A stretch of 61,762 nucleotides of DNA from assembly GCA_902761275.1 (NCBI GenBank), contig CACWJS010000018.1, forward strand, positions 1 to 61,762. The letters run 5' to 3'. Made by a program: the position numbers and the translations under genes. Of this stretch, positions 7,460 to 18,200 are shown piece after piece (position 1 is the first letter of the stretch; the number at the start of each line of letters is the position of its first letter). Source of the stretch: an uncultured bacterium. GTDB lineage: Bacteria; Verrucomicrobiota; Kiritimatiellia; RFP12; UBA1067. The notes under the pieces were generated by a model. That model was not told the DNA's origin. It ran no database searches and worked only from the letters and a program-made list of their open reading frames with translations.

Positions 7460-10400
7460 ATGAAGAAAGCATTCGTTCTCCTTGCTCTGTCGCTGGCGGC
7501 ATTGTCATCGTTTGCCGATTATCGGCGCGTGGACTATAAAGGTTATCGAATAGGGGATACGGGAGTATTAACTGATCAAACCCGCATTTCTGAGTCATTA
7601 TTCTTTGTATATGATTCTGGCCAGCAGTCGTCCAAAGAACTTACGGCCAGTCAGATAGCAGGGCAGAAGATCGTCCAGTGGTGGGCATATAGTAGCGCAG
7701 AAAACGTTCCTGCTACACAGACCACACCCGCCTATATACAGTACAACGATGTTAAAATAGTTGCAGACAGCACATATTCTTTTGTTTGGACTTATGGCAC
7801 GGCCGAATATTCGCTGGCGTATGTTGTCGTTGACTACGATTACATAAAGTACAACCTTTCCTACGACGCAAACGGCGGGAGTTACGCGCCTTCGACGGTG
7901 AACAACATTGTCTACACAAATGGAGTCACCATCGCGACCGGCGATATGGTAACGCGCACGGGCTATACGTGGTCCGGCTGGACGAACAACTTTACGACAA
8001 CCATCTGGACGGGTGGCGAGATGGTGACTGGTGCCGGCCTGGGCCTTAATGCGATTTCCGATGGCTCCGATGTCGTCCTCCGCGCCAAGTGGACGCCTCA
8101 TACATATACCGTCAATTTCAACAAGAACACGACTGACAGCGTACGCGGCACGATGGCTCCGATGTCATTGACGTATGGTGAGCCAGCCAACTTGACGCCC
8201 AATGCATTTGCGCGTTCGGGTTGGAGGTTTGGCGGCTGGGCGACAATGTCAGGAAAGGACGCCGGAAAGGTTTACGACGACGGGGAGTCGGTGGTAAACC
8301 TGACGGGCGACAATGGGGGCGTGGTTGTTCTTTATGCCGTTTGGGAGCCGAAGAGCTTTGCAATCAGATATCATAGAAACGATGGTTCGGGAGTGACATT
8401 GATAGATAGCAGCTGTTTGTCGGGGACACCGGTCAAGATGCCTTCGCAGACGCCGTGGATCGGCTACAGTTTCCGAGGCTGGGCGACGGCTGCCGATGGC
8501 GGAGTAGAGTATGAGGAAGGCAAAGACTATTCAATCGATCCTGGCGACTCGGATGTGATCCATCTTTACGCCGTGTGGTCTCCGATTAAGTATTCGATTG
8601 CGTTTGACGCGAACGGCGGCACGGGAACGATGGATGGTGCGACTGTCGAATACGGGGCGGTCTATACGCTTCCCGACTGCAACTTTACAAAGCAGGGGTT
8701 TGAATTCATGGGCTGGGCGACGAATGCTACGGGCGGCGTAGTGTTCTCTTCTGGCGAATGCGCCCTCGACCTTACGACTACAGCCGAAGGCGCAATTACG
8801 TTCTACGCCGTATGGTCGGAGCCGAGGTATATTGCCTTTGATGGCAATGGCGCACACAATGAGGACGCGATGGCAGAAGACGTGATGTCCTTTGAGGGAA
8901 TAGAGACAAGGCCGCTTGTCCCCAACAAGTTCGAGAAGGCAGGCTATACCTTCGGCGGTTGGGCGACTAATGCGGTAGCGGCCACCAATCTTGTCGTCGC
9001 CTATGCCGATAACGCGGATGTCATCAGCACAAACCTGTGGATGGGAGTCGGCGAGACCAATGTCCTCTACGCAGTCTGGCAGACGAACACCTACACGGTA
9101 GTCTTTAATCCAAACGGCGGCAAAGGGGGGTTGGCATATCAGGAATTTGTCTATGACCAGCCGCAACCACTGCAAGCACAGGAGAAATGCGGTTTTGGGT
9201 CAGACCTTGCTTTTGTTGGCTGGGCGACTAATTCGACTGGCGAGGCGGTGTATGGCGACAATGAGGTCGTGTCTAATCTGACAGCAGAAGCCAACGGAAC
9301 GGTAACGCTTTATGCGATGTGGGACAACGGTGTCTTGTCCAAGGCAATGCATTGCGACAATCTAACCTGGGATCAACGCGCCGACAGCAGTGCTAACAAG
9401 TGGGATGTGTCCGAGGGCGATAGCGAGGGCTACGAACATAGTGGTTCGTCGGCTTACGTCACTGTTCCGAGCGATCAAAGTCGCTCGTATACACTTTATG
9501 TCTACGGGTTTTCCACCGCAAAAAGCGGCAGCATCAGCTTCTGGTACAAGACTTCCAGCGAGAATTCCGGCGACTGTTGGTTGGAATTTGCGGTGGACAA
9601 TAATACCACTGATATCAATCCGAATACCGAATGGAAGCAGTTTGGCCCGATAGCGGTGACCGAAATAACTTCCGCTGGGCTGTCTTTCTACGTTAGCTCG
9701 TTCGGTTCTTCGGAAGACAGTTACACCGTTTGGATCGACCAGATGACATGGGTGCCATCCAGTACAAGCTCTTCTAGTACGATTACCATTACGGAGGAGG
9801 GTTGGCAGCAAGTTACGTTCGATGTGCTACCCGACGATCCGTCGCCCACGAACGTTTTTGCGGCAGTTGCGGACAAGGTCGACCGCGTCGTCCATGGCGG
9901 CCAGTCCTGGGGATGGGAATCTGGCGGGCGCCTCACGTCGCTTACGGCTGGTGTGAAGTACTGGGTGCATACGAAGACAAGCAATGTGTCGTGGACGGTC
10001 GAGGGCGAATCGGTTCCTGCCGTCGAAGACGACGTCTATGGTCCCTTTGGCCGGAGTAAAGATATTAGTAAAAAGGACGACAAAGGGGATGATCTAAAGC
10101 CAACCGTCTACGGTAACGTCTTGCTGACGTTTGGCGGTGAGCCAGCCGAGGCGGGTGACTGTGTCGCTGCGTACTGCGGTGCCGACACCAATGTGCTTTG
10201 CGGACTTGGAAAGGCGTATGACTCCGGCTCCGGCGTAAAGTGTGACCTCGTCCTCTACGCGGTCGAGGGAACGAACATCCACTTCAGGGCTTGGCGAAGC
10301 AGCACTCTGGCAACTGTGGACGGCATCCGCGACGCAGATGCCGCGTGCGACATCATAGCGCCTGCGCCCGGCACCATTGACGCGACCACGCTTACCGTGA

Positions 10401-12130
10401 CGGTGCCGACCCGCGAGTTCACTGTCGCGTTCGACGGCAATGGCGGAACGGGGACGATGGCGGATCAGAAGTTTGCCGAGGGAGAGGAGAAGAATCTGAC
10501 GGCGAATGCATTTACGAAAGCTGGCTGTTTGTTCGTCGGCTGGAAGGATCGCAGTGGCATGGAATATGCGGACGGCGAGGCGATCGTCGCGACATCCGAC
10601 CTGACGCTTGTCGCGCAGTGGAAGCAAACCGTTGCGCCGCCCACAGCGGCGACGGGGCTCCTATACAGCGGGAGGGCGCAGAAAGGGGCGGACTGGGGCG
10701 TTGGTTATGTGATTGCCGGCAACATCGAGACGAATGCAGGCACCCATTACGCGAAGGCGACGGTTAGAGCTGGCTATGTCTGGGACGACGGCACGACGGG
10801 AACGAAGGAAATCCAATGGTCAATTGCCAAGGCGACATACGACATGAGCGGCGTCACTTTTGAAGACGGCATTTTCATGGCCGACGGAACGCCCAAGAGC
10901 CTCGCAGTTTCGGGCGAACTTCCCGCTGGTGTGCAGGTCTCCTACGAAGGCAACGGCCAGACGGATGCCGGGAGCTACACGGTCACCGCTAAGTTTACCG
11001 GCGATGAAGTCAATTACAAGCCTATTGCAGACATCATGACGGCGACGCTCATCATAACGGGGGGCGTCAATCCTGGTCCAGATGATTCCGGCTCGGGCGA
11101 TTCCGGCTCAGGCGATTCCGGTCCAGGAATCGCCCCGGCGCTCCTTTCCCCCGGCTCATTTCGCGAACCGGCCCGTCGTCGTGGGCTTGGGCCCTGCGGG
11201 TCTCTTCGCCAGGCGAAAGCCGGACAGGCAACTAAGTCGACAATCACCGTTATGCCTATTGGGGGGAAGAAGTACACGAGGAAGGCTTCCTTCATCCCTG
11301 GCGCAAATCCGACGGATGAATACGGCATAGTCTACGGCGTGCATGGGCTGCTTGGCACTTTTGACGGCTATGTGGTCGAAGCGAGCGCGGACGTCTACAA
11401 GTCTAAGGATCCAGCCGCGAAGGCGCTTGCATCTAAGATACCCGTCGCAGTGCATACGTTTGCCTTTGACACGGACAGTGGCTTCGCCGTCTTCTCCGCG
11501 TCCGTCGCCAAGACGGGGAAGACGAAGGTGCAGGGCTATCTCGGCAACGGCGCGAAGGTGTCGGTCTCGACGACAGGCGTACTCGGCGAAGATTACTTTG
11601 CCGTGCCGGTTGCCGTATCAAAGAAGGCCATGGAATTCGGCTTTGTCCTTTGGATTCCGCTCAATGGCGACAAACCGTTTGTCGCGAACATATTCAACTC
11701 GGCATGGAAGGCTGCGCAGACCGGGGGGGCCTATGCCCTTGCCGATGGCGTGCACGTCTTCGACTTCGTGGAACTGCCCACCTTCCGCAGCTATATTGCC
11801 GCAGTGGACGGTACGCCTGTAGCTCCCGTCGGCGAGAAGTTTACGGTATCGGGGTCGAAATGGGCTTTCTCAAAAACGTCCGGCAAGCTGAAGGTCGTTG
11901 ACGGCATTCTCGCAGTAATATCCAAGAGCGAGCCCGCAAACTTGTCTGGGCTCAAGCTCTCGTATGCGGCAAAGACCGGGCTCGTAAAGGGGTCGTTCAA
12001 GCTGTATTACATGGAAGGCGGGAAGATAAAGTCTGACAAGGTGACGATTACTGGCGTTGTGGCGGAAGGTGTCTTCATTGGCAGCGGAACGGTCAAGAAG
12101 CTTGGCTCCTTTGCCGTGTGGGCAGAATGA
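7460..12130 (+). CDS. large secreted surface protein with multiple Listeria-Bacteroides (InlB B-repeat / Flg_new-type) repeats
   Basis: A Shine-Dalgarno AAGGAGG (7447-7453) sits 6 nt before the ATG at 7460; the ORF-track TTG at 7454 is rejected. The signal peptide is [19 protein letters not shown]. The repeat pattern Y.V.F..NGG.G.M......Y......L..N.F...G..F.GW.......Y.......L......LYA.W recurs at least 8 times. Confidence 0.8.
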   Translation: MKKAFVLLALSLAALSSFADYRRVDYKGYRIGDTGVLTDQTRISESLFFVYDSGQQSSKELTASQIAGQKIVQWWAYSSAENVPATQTTPAYIQYNDVKIVADSTYSFVWTYGTAEYSLAYVVVDYDYIKYNLSYDANGGSYAPSTVNNIVYTNGVTIATGDMVTRTGYTWSGWTNNFTTTIWTGGEMVTGAGLGLNAISDGSDVVLRAKWTPHTYTVNFNKNTTDSVRGTMAPMSLTYGEPANLTPNAFARSGWRFGGWATMSGKDAGKVYDDGESVVNLTGDNGGVVVLYAVWEPKSFAIRYHRNDGSGVTLIDSSCLSGTPVKMPSQTPWIGYSFRGWATAADGGVEYEEGKDYSIDPGDSDVIHLYAVWSPIKYSIAFDANGGTGTMDGATVEYGAVYTLPDCNFTKQGFEFMGWATNATGGVVFSSGECALDLTTTAEGAITFYAVWSEPRYIAFDGNGAHNEDAMAEDVMSFEGIETRPLVPNKFEKAGYTFGGWATNAVAATNLVVAYADNADVISTNLWMGVGETNVLYAVWQTNTYTVVFNPNGGKGGLAYQEFVYDQPQPLQAQEKCGFGSDLAFVGWATNSTGEAVYGDNEVVSNLTAEANGTVTLYAMWDNGVLSKAMHCDNLTWDQRADSSANKWDVSEGDSEGYEHSGSSAYVTVPSDQSRSYTLYVYGFSTAKSGSISFWYKTSSENSGDCWLEFAVDNNTTDINPNTEWKQFGPIAVTEITSAGLSFYVSSFGSSEDSYTVWIDQMTWVPSSTSSSSTITITEEGWQQVTFDVLPDDPSPTNVFAAVADKVDRVVHGGQSWGWESGGRLTSLTAGVKYWVHTKTSNVSWTVEGESVPAVEDDVYGPFGRSKDISKKDDKGDDLKPTVYGNVLLTFGGEPAEAGDCVAAYCGADTNVLCGLGKAYDSGSGVKCDLVLYAVEGTNIHFRAWRSSTLATVDGIRDADAACDIIAPAPGTIDATTLTVTVPTREFTVAFDGNGGTGTMADQKFAEGEEKNLTANAFTKAGCLFVGWKDRSGMEYADGEAIVATSDLTLVAQWKQTVAPPTAATGLLYSGRAQKGADWGVGYVIAGNIETNAGTHYAKATVRAGYVWDDGTTGTKEIQWSIAKATYDMSGVTFEDGIFMADGTPKSLAVSGELPAGVQVSYEGNGQTDAGSYTVTAKFTGDEVNYKPIADIMTATLIITGGVNPGPDDSGSGDSGSGDSGPGIAPALLSPGSFREPARRRGLGPCGSLRQAKAGQATKSTITVMPIGGKKYTRKASFIPGANPTDEYGIVYGVHGLLGTFDGYVVEASADVYKSKDPAAKALASKIPVAVHTFAFDTDSGFAVFSASVAKTGKTKVQGYLGNGAKVSVSTTGVLGEDYFAVPVAVSKKAMEFGFVLWIPLNGDKPFVANIFNSAWKAAQTGGAYALADGVHVFDFVELPTFRSYIAAVDGTPVAPVGEKFTVSGSKWAFSKTSGKLKVVDGILAVISKSEPANLSGLKLSYAAKTGLVKGSFKLYYMEGGKIKSDKVTITGVVAEGVFIGSGTVKKLGSFAVWAE

Positions 12131-15100
12131 GCGACATAGTCATACACAATGCGAAGGTCCACAACCTGCGGGGAATCGACGTAACGATTCCCCGTGACTC
12201 TCTCACGGTTGTAACGGGGCTTTCGGGGAGCGGAAAGTCGTCGCTTGCGTTCGACACGCTATATGCAGAAGGGCAGCGCAGATACGTCGAGTCCCTTTCT
12301 GCGTATGCACGGCAGTTCCTCGACAGGATGCAGAAGCCCGACGTCGAGAAGATAGAAGGGCTCTCGCCTGCGATTTCCATCGAGCAGCGCACGACGAGCG
12401 GCAACCCGCGCTCCATTGTCGCGACAGTCACCGAGATTCACGACTACTTGAGAATCCTCTACGGATCGATCGCCGTCGCGCATTGCCCGAAGTGCGGCAA
12501 GCCGGTCGTCAAGCAGTCGGCGGAGCAGATCGTCGAATCGATACTGGGCAACCAGGGGGGTGCCGCGAAAATCATCATCTACGCTCCGCTGGTAAAGGGC
12601 AAGAAGGGACGCCACGAGGAGACGCTTGCTTCCGTGAAGCGCAACGGCTTTGCGCGCGTCAGGATCGACGGCACGACATACCCGATTGACGAACTTCCCG
12701 AACTGGACAAGAAAAAGGCGCACAACATAGACGTCGTGGTCGATCGTCTCGTGATTCCCGCGGCGCCCGACGCTGCTTTCAAGACGCGTCTCACCGACTC
12801 TGTCGAACTCGCCCTCAAGACCGGCAAGGGCATAATGGAAGTGGAGAGGTTGGGGGACAAGGGGTCAGGAGTCAGTACAGAGGGGGCGAGGCGCGAATCA
12901 GAAATCTTGTCTGGCGCGGAGCGGAAAGAGCCGAAGGCGAGAGACGCGGAGCGCCAGACCACCTATTCCGAACTCAACGCCTGCCCTGACTGCGGTATTT
13001 CGTTTGATGAGCTGAAGGCGCGGTCGTTCTCGTTCAATTCGCCGTTTGGCGCGTGCCCGACGTGCGCGGGGCTTGGGCAGCTCTACTACTTTGACGAAGA
13101 CCTCGTTGTGCCCGACAAGTCGCTTCCGCTCGAGGAGGCGATACACCCCTGGCGGCGCATGGGGCAGATGAACATTCTCTACCACAGAGAGCTTCTTGCG
13201 CATATCGCGAAACAGTACAAGGTGAAGCTCTCGACGCCCTACGAGAAGCTGCCGGCGAAGTTTCGGCACGGGCTCATGCACGGCTTCAAGGACGATCTCG
13301 TTCTTCCGTGGCGGCGAGTCGACCGGCCGTTCGAGGGAGTCCTCGCGTCGCTTCAGCGACGGCTCGACGAGGCGGAGGATGACGAGATGCGCGCGAAGTT
13401 CGAGGCGTACCAGAGCTTCCGCACTTGTCCCGACTGCGGCGGCTCGCGCCTGCGGCCCGAGTCGCGCGCGGCAACTGTCGCCGGGAAGTCGATCGTCGAA
13501 GTTATGGCAATGCCCGTCACCGAGGCATTGGAGTTTTTCAAAAATAAATTCCAAACTCCAACTAAAGACTCCAACTCCACTCTCCAATTCCACTCTCCAA
13601 CTCCAACTTCCAACTCCAACTCCACTCTCCAACTCCATTCTCCAACTCCAACTCCACTCTCCAACTCATCAAAGCTCGCCGGCCTCAAGGACATCATCGC
13701 CGAGATCGTGCGGCGGCTCCAGTTCCTTCTCGACGTCGGTCTTGACTACTTGACGCTCGACCGCGCGGCGTCCACTCTTTCCGGCGGCGAGATGCAGCGC
13801 ATCCGCCTCGCGACGCAAATCGGCTCTGGGCTCACAGGTGTCCTCTATGTTCTTGACGAGCCGACGATAGGGCTTCACCCGCGCGACAACGAGCGACTTA
13901 TCTCGACCCTCAAGGGTCTTCGCGACCGCGGCAACACCGTAGTCGTCGTCGAGCACGACGAAGAGATGATGAGGAGTGCCGACTACATCGTCGATCTCGG
14001 TCCAGGCGCAGGGCGCGAAGGCGGCAAGGTAATGTATCAGGGCAACTTCAAGGGACTCCTCAAGGCGAAGTCGCTCACCGCCGATTACCTGACAGGAAGA
14101 AAGAAAGTTGGAGTCCAGAGTTCGAGTTGGAGAGAAGAAGCAAAAAATTCCACTCTCCAACTCCATTCTCCAACTCCAACTCAAAACTTCAACTCAAGAC
14201 TCCAACTCAAATCTCTCACCATCTCCGGTTGTACCGAGCACAACCTCAAGAATATCACCGCCCACTTCCCCGTCGGCGCGTTCACTGTGGTGACAGGCGT
14301 CTCGGGCTCGGGCAAGTCGACGCTCGTCGACGAGACGCTCAAGCGGGCGCTTCTCCAGAAGTTCTACCACGCGAAGGACATCCCCGGCAAGTTCAAGAAG
14401 CTCACTGGCTGGGAGAACTTCGACAAGGTCGTGGAAATCGACCAGTCGCCCATCGGCCGCACGCCGCGTTCGAACCCGGCGACGTACGTCGGCTTCTTCT
14501 CCGAGATACGCGACCTCTTCGCGAAGACCGAGTCTGCGCGCGCGCGCGGCTACACTGCGGGGCGCTTTTCCTTCAATGTGAAGGGTGGTCGCTGCGAGAC
14601 GTGCGGCGGCGACGGATTGCAGAAGCTTGAGATGAGCTTCCTCCCCGATGTCTACGTCACGTGCGACCAGTGCGGCGGCAAGCGCTTCAACGCCGAGACG
14701 CTTGAAGTCACCTACGGCGGCAAGAACATCGCGGACGTCCTCGAGATGACTGTCGCGGAAGGGTGCGAGTTCTTTGCGAAGGTGCCGTCTCTCGCACGCA
14801 AGCTCCAGACGCTTCTCGACGTCGGGCTTGGCTACATCGCTCTCGGGCAGTCCGCTACGACGCTCTCAGGCGGCGAGGCCCAGCGCATCAAGCTCGCGAC
14901 TGAACTTTCCCGCCGCTCTACGGGTCGCACGCTCTACCTTCTCGACGAGCCGACGACGGGGCTTCACTTCGACGACGTGGCGAAGCTGATGAAGCTTCTC
15001 CTGCGGCTCCGCGACCAGGGGAACACCATCATCGTCATTGAGCATAACATTGATGTCATCCGTTGCGCCGATTGGATCGTAGACCTCGGGCCCGGTGGCG

Positions 15101-15186
15101 GCGACGCGGGCGGCGAACTTGTCTGCGAAGGGCCCTTGGAAACCGTAAAGGCCTGCCCTCGCTCCGTCACTGCCAAATTTCTCTGA
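12127..15186 (+). CDS. uvrA: excinuclease ABC subunit A
   Basis: [38 protein letters not shown], two ABC modules ([12 protein letters not shown] and [12 protein letters not shown]) and Zn modules (CPKCG, CPDCG...[14 protein letters not shown]...CDQCGG). The ATG at 12127 overlaps the upstream stop (ATGA). It carries three in-frame repeat insertions. Confidence 0.95.
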   Translation: MSDIVIHNAKVHNLRGIDVTIPRDSLTVVTGLSGSGKSSLAFDTLYAEGQRRYVESLSAYARQFLDRMQKPDVEKIEGLSPAISIEQRTTSGNPRSIVATVTEIHDYLRILYGSIAVAHCPKCGKPVVKQSAEQIVESILGNQGGAAKIIIYAPLVKGKKGRHEETLASVKRNGFARVRIDGTTYPIDELPELDKKKAHNIDVVVDRLVIPAAPDAAFKTRLTDSVELALKTGKGIMEVERLGDKGSGVSTEGARRESEILSGAERKEPKARDAERQTTYSELNACPDCGISFDELKARSFSFNSPFGACPTCAGLGQLYYFDEDLVVPDKSLPLEEAIHPWRRMGQMNILYHRELLAHIAKQYKVKLSTPYEKLPAKFRHGLMHGFKDDLVLPWRRVDRPFEGVLASLQRRLDEAEDDEMRAKFEAYQSFRTCPDCGGSRLRPESRAATVAGKSIVEVMAMPVTEALEFFKNKFQTPTKDSNSTLQFHSPTPTSNSNSTLQLHSPTPTPLSNSSKLAGLKDIIAEIVRRLQFLLDVGLDYLTLDRAASTLSGGEMQRIRLATQIGSGLTGVLYVLDEPTIGLHPRDNERLISTLKGLRDRGNTVVVVEHDEEMMRSADYIVDLGPGAGREGGKVMYQGNFKGLLKAKSLTADYLTGRKKVGVQSSSWREEAKNSTLQLHSPTPTQNFNSRLQLKSLTISGCTEHNLKNITAHFPVGAFTVVTGVSGSGKSTLVDETLKRALLQKFYHAKDIPGKFKKLTGWENFDKVVEIDQSPIGRTPRSNPATYVGFFSEIRDLFAKTESARARGYTAGRFSFNVKGGRCETCGGDGLQKLEMSFLPDVYVTCDQCGGKRFNAETLEVTYGGKNIADVLEMTVAEGCEFFAKVPSLARKLQTLLDVGLGYIALGQSATTLSGGEAQRIKLATELSRRSTGRTLYLLDEPTTGLHFDDVAKLMKLLLRLRDQGNTIIVIEHNIDVIRCADWIVDLGPGGGDAGGELVCEGPLETVKACPRSVTAKFL
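13549..13668. repeat. forward CCACTCTCCAACTCC-type repeat array in frame in uvrA
   Basis: About 120 nt of ctccaa, ccactct and ccattct units, translated as [41 protein letters not shown]. Confidence 0.9.
14107..14208. repeat. inverted pair of the same repeat element in frame in uvrA (local hairpin potential)
   Basis: gagttggagag (14124-14134) is the exact complement of ctctccaactc (14153-14163). The arms extend imperfectly. The segment is translated as [33 protein letters not shown]. Confidence 0.85.
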
Positions 15187-15212
15187 TTCCTTTTGATTTT
15201 CCCGATGAAAAA

Positions 15213-15221
15213 TGGTAATAT
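15213..15221 (+). promoter_or_regulatory. possible extended -10 (TGGTAATAT) for the C10 peptidase gene
   Basis: gaaaaaTGGTAATAT resembles the recurrent A/T-tract plus TGGTATAAT motif seen elsewhere in the window. It lies 28 nt upstream of the ATG at 15250. Confidence 0.3.
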
Positions 15222-15249
15222 ATTGACTTGTAATATCGGGTAAAATACC

Positions 15250-18200
15250 ATGAAAACAAGAAAAGCACTGTCGCTCTTCTTTTGTACGGTTGCGTTTGCC
15301 GCAAGCGCGGCAACCGTTTCCGTCGATAAGGCCAAGTTTGCGGCCGGTTCCTGGGCTCTCTCGGATGCCTCGCTCGGCGTCCCGCACGGCCGCACGGTCA
15401 GCGGCGCGACGGCATACGACGTTGACGGTTCGACCGGCTTCTATGCAGTCGCCCTCGAAGGGGGTGGCACGCTCTTCCTCGCGGCGGACGACGAAATCGG
15501 CCCCGTCCTTGCGTTTACGGCGGAGTCCAATCCAGATCTTTCCAAGGGAAGTCCGCTGCGTGATCTCCTTGAGCGTGACATCAAGGCGCGTCGCGGTGTT
15601 GTAGCGGCCGCAAAGGAACTTGATAAATCCATGCCCAATGCGGCGCAAAATGCCGTGCCTTCCACTTCTTTGCAGTCTTCGGCTTCCGCTGCAGCAAAAG
15701 CGGTCTGGGCTGCATTGACGGTTTCGGTTCCCACATCGGCTTCGACTGACCTTGATCGCGCGACTGGCGCTTCGTCCGATGCCGCGCTCTCTTACGCAGC
15801 GCCGCGGTCGGCTCTTGCCGTATCGGATGTTCGCGTTGATCCGCTCGTCCAGTCGCAGTGGTCTCAGCAGGAGGCCGGCGGCGGCTATTGCTATAACTAC
15901 TATACGCCGTTACATTATCCTTGCGGCTGCGTGGCGACCGCCGCCGCCCAGATCATGCGCTACTGGAATTGGCCGCAAGGGGAACTGGCGCACTATTCTA
16001 ATGAATGCACCGTCGACGGCGATGGCCAGTTGCTTTACACTGTTGGCCATCCCGATGATCCGAATACTGTTGAAAGTCAGCGCATTTACGACTGGGGTCA
16101 CATGAAGTTGAAGCCTGCGTCTTATGCGACTGACCAGGAGCGCGAGGCCATTGGGCGGCTCACGTCTGACATAGGCGTGGCCTTGGGCGCGAGCTACGAG
16201 TCCGACGGCACCGGCGCGATGTCTATCGATGTAAGCAAGGTGTTTCGCGCTAAGTTTGCCTATCCGAGTGGCGTAGAGTTTTGGAACGTCAACTGGGAGT
16301 CGGCGCTTCAGGACGGCGGCGGTCTCCACTCGCGTGAGACGCGTAACAAGGTGATATACGCCTGTCTTGATGCGCGGCTTCCCGTACAGCTTGCCATTGC
16401 CGATGGCAACGGATACAATGGGCACGCGGTTGTCTGCGACGGGTACGGCTTTGTTACGATTGGCGACGTTGAGACCGAGTTCGCCCACATCAACATGGGC
16501 TGGGCAGGTAGTGGCGACGTGTGGTACAACATTCCCGACATTGACTCCATCGCGGGTTCGACGGCCGGGGGTGGCGGTGTGCACTTCCAGATCATAAAAG
16601 GCGCAACGTTCAATATCGCGACTAATGCATTTGGCGGGTTGCTCACTGGGCGCATAATTGACGACGGGGAGCCCGTCGCCAACGCAGTCGTTACGGCATA
16701 TAAGGGCGCGGATGCGGTCGGCACTTGCACGACGGACGAACACGGCATATACGCCTTTATGCTTCCGGCAAATACGAGCTACGACGTTAGGGTGGTGTCT
16801 GCGGACGGCGTGAAATCTGGTGCGCTTGACCATTCTGTTTATATCGCCGAGACGTGGGAAGATGCCGACTATGTCGTGTACGACGTCAATAACGTAGGCA
16901 ATTCGTGGGGCAACGATATCGACATCGTGATTCCGCATGTAAGAATCGTTGGCGAAAATAACTATCCAAGCCTGAATTCTGCGCTTGTGGCTGCCTCGAC
17001 AATGGAAAATCCTATCGTCGAGATATTTGGCCCCACTAAGCTAAAGGCCCCGGTTACCATCACGACAAACGTCACGATCCGCACCGTTCCCGCCGCGACT
17101 CTCTCTCTCGCCGACTGCGAGGTAGTCGCCACCGACGATACGATTACCAAGGAAGGATGGGTTCTGCAAGTGGCCGATGGCGTCCGCGTGGATTTTTCGA
17201 ACATCGTGATTCGTACGGAGGCGAACGCCCCTGTCCGCATTAACGTATTCGAGACCGGCAAGGTGGCGTTTTCTGGCCGTGTCGATCTTGGGACTGTGGT
17301 AACGCATGCCGCCGACGCTTTCATCCTTGCCGGGCCGCTTGAACTGGAGGGTAATGGTCTTGCCGTTTCCTGTCCTGTTGCATCTGGCTTTGGGTTGCAG
17401 TTCGGTACGTACGAGTGCTCCGACGAAGAGGCGGGGACTTGTGTACGCTTGATCGCCAACGCACTTGACGCGACGTTGACAGGCGTAGCAAGCGGCGGAG
17501 TCCTCGTCTGGGATCGGCAGCCGATCGATCCTTCCATCGCCATTGCATACGCCACGAATGATGTTTTCGGCATCAAGTACTATAGTTCGGTCGATCTGCT
17601 TTTTAGCGACTACACTAATGGTGCAGAGGTCGTTTTTCTCAAGGACTGTCCGGTGAACATGTTCACGAACGCCGTGGTCGTTGGCAAGTCGATGACCATA
17701 CGGTCCGAAGCAGACACTCCTTTTGTCGTGACAGCAGGCGAGGCGGCCGGTTTTACGGTGCAGGGCGAAGACACCGAGCTTGTTTTCACCAACATTGTGT
17801 TCAAGCGCACCGGCACTCCCTCCACGAACTTTGCCACTGTCAAGGGCGGCGCGTCGTTAGTGCTTGCCTCCGGCGCAGCCATAGCCGACTTGCAGCTTGC
17901 TGGAACGGCCAGCGCGGTGTATGTGGACAGCAGCAGTGACATGGAGATGACGAACAAGGTTACGATGCTGAAGGGCTCTGTCATCACGAATTGCGTGGCG
18001 ACGCGGTTGGCCACAGGCAGGGCGGGCGGCGTCTATCTCACAGGCGAGAATTCTTTGTTCGACTTTGCGGGCGGCTTGATAACTGGTTGTGTGGCGGGTC
18101 ATAATACCGGTGGCGGAGCCGTGTATGCCGGGAAGGGCGCGACAGTCGCAGTCTCTGGTTCGGCGACTGCGTATGGGAACAAGTCCAAAACTTATACGCG

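Noticed and set aside
11080-11240. GC-rich, Arg-containing stretch ([47 protein letters not shown]) in the Listeria-Bacteroides-repeat protein, suspected to be a frameshift.
   Set aside because: The main frame stays open and returns to normal composition. The alternative frames terminate (at 11330, or earlier) and are no more protein-like. It is treated as a low-complexity linker following a 15-bp x3 (DSGSG) repeat.
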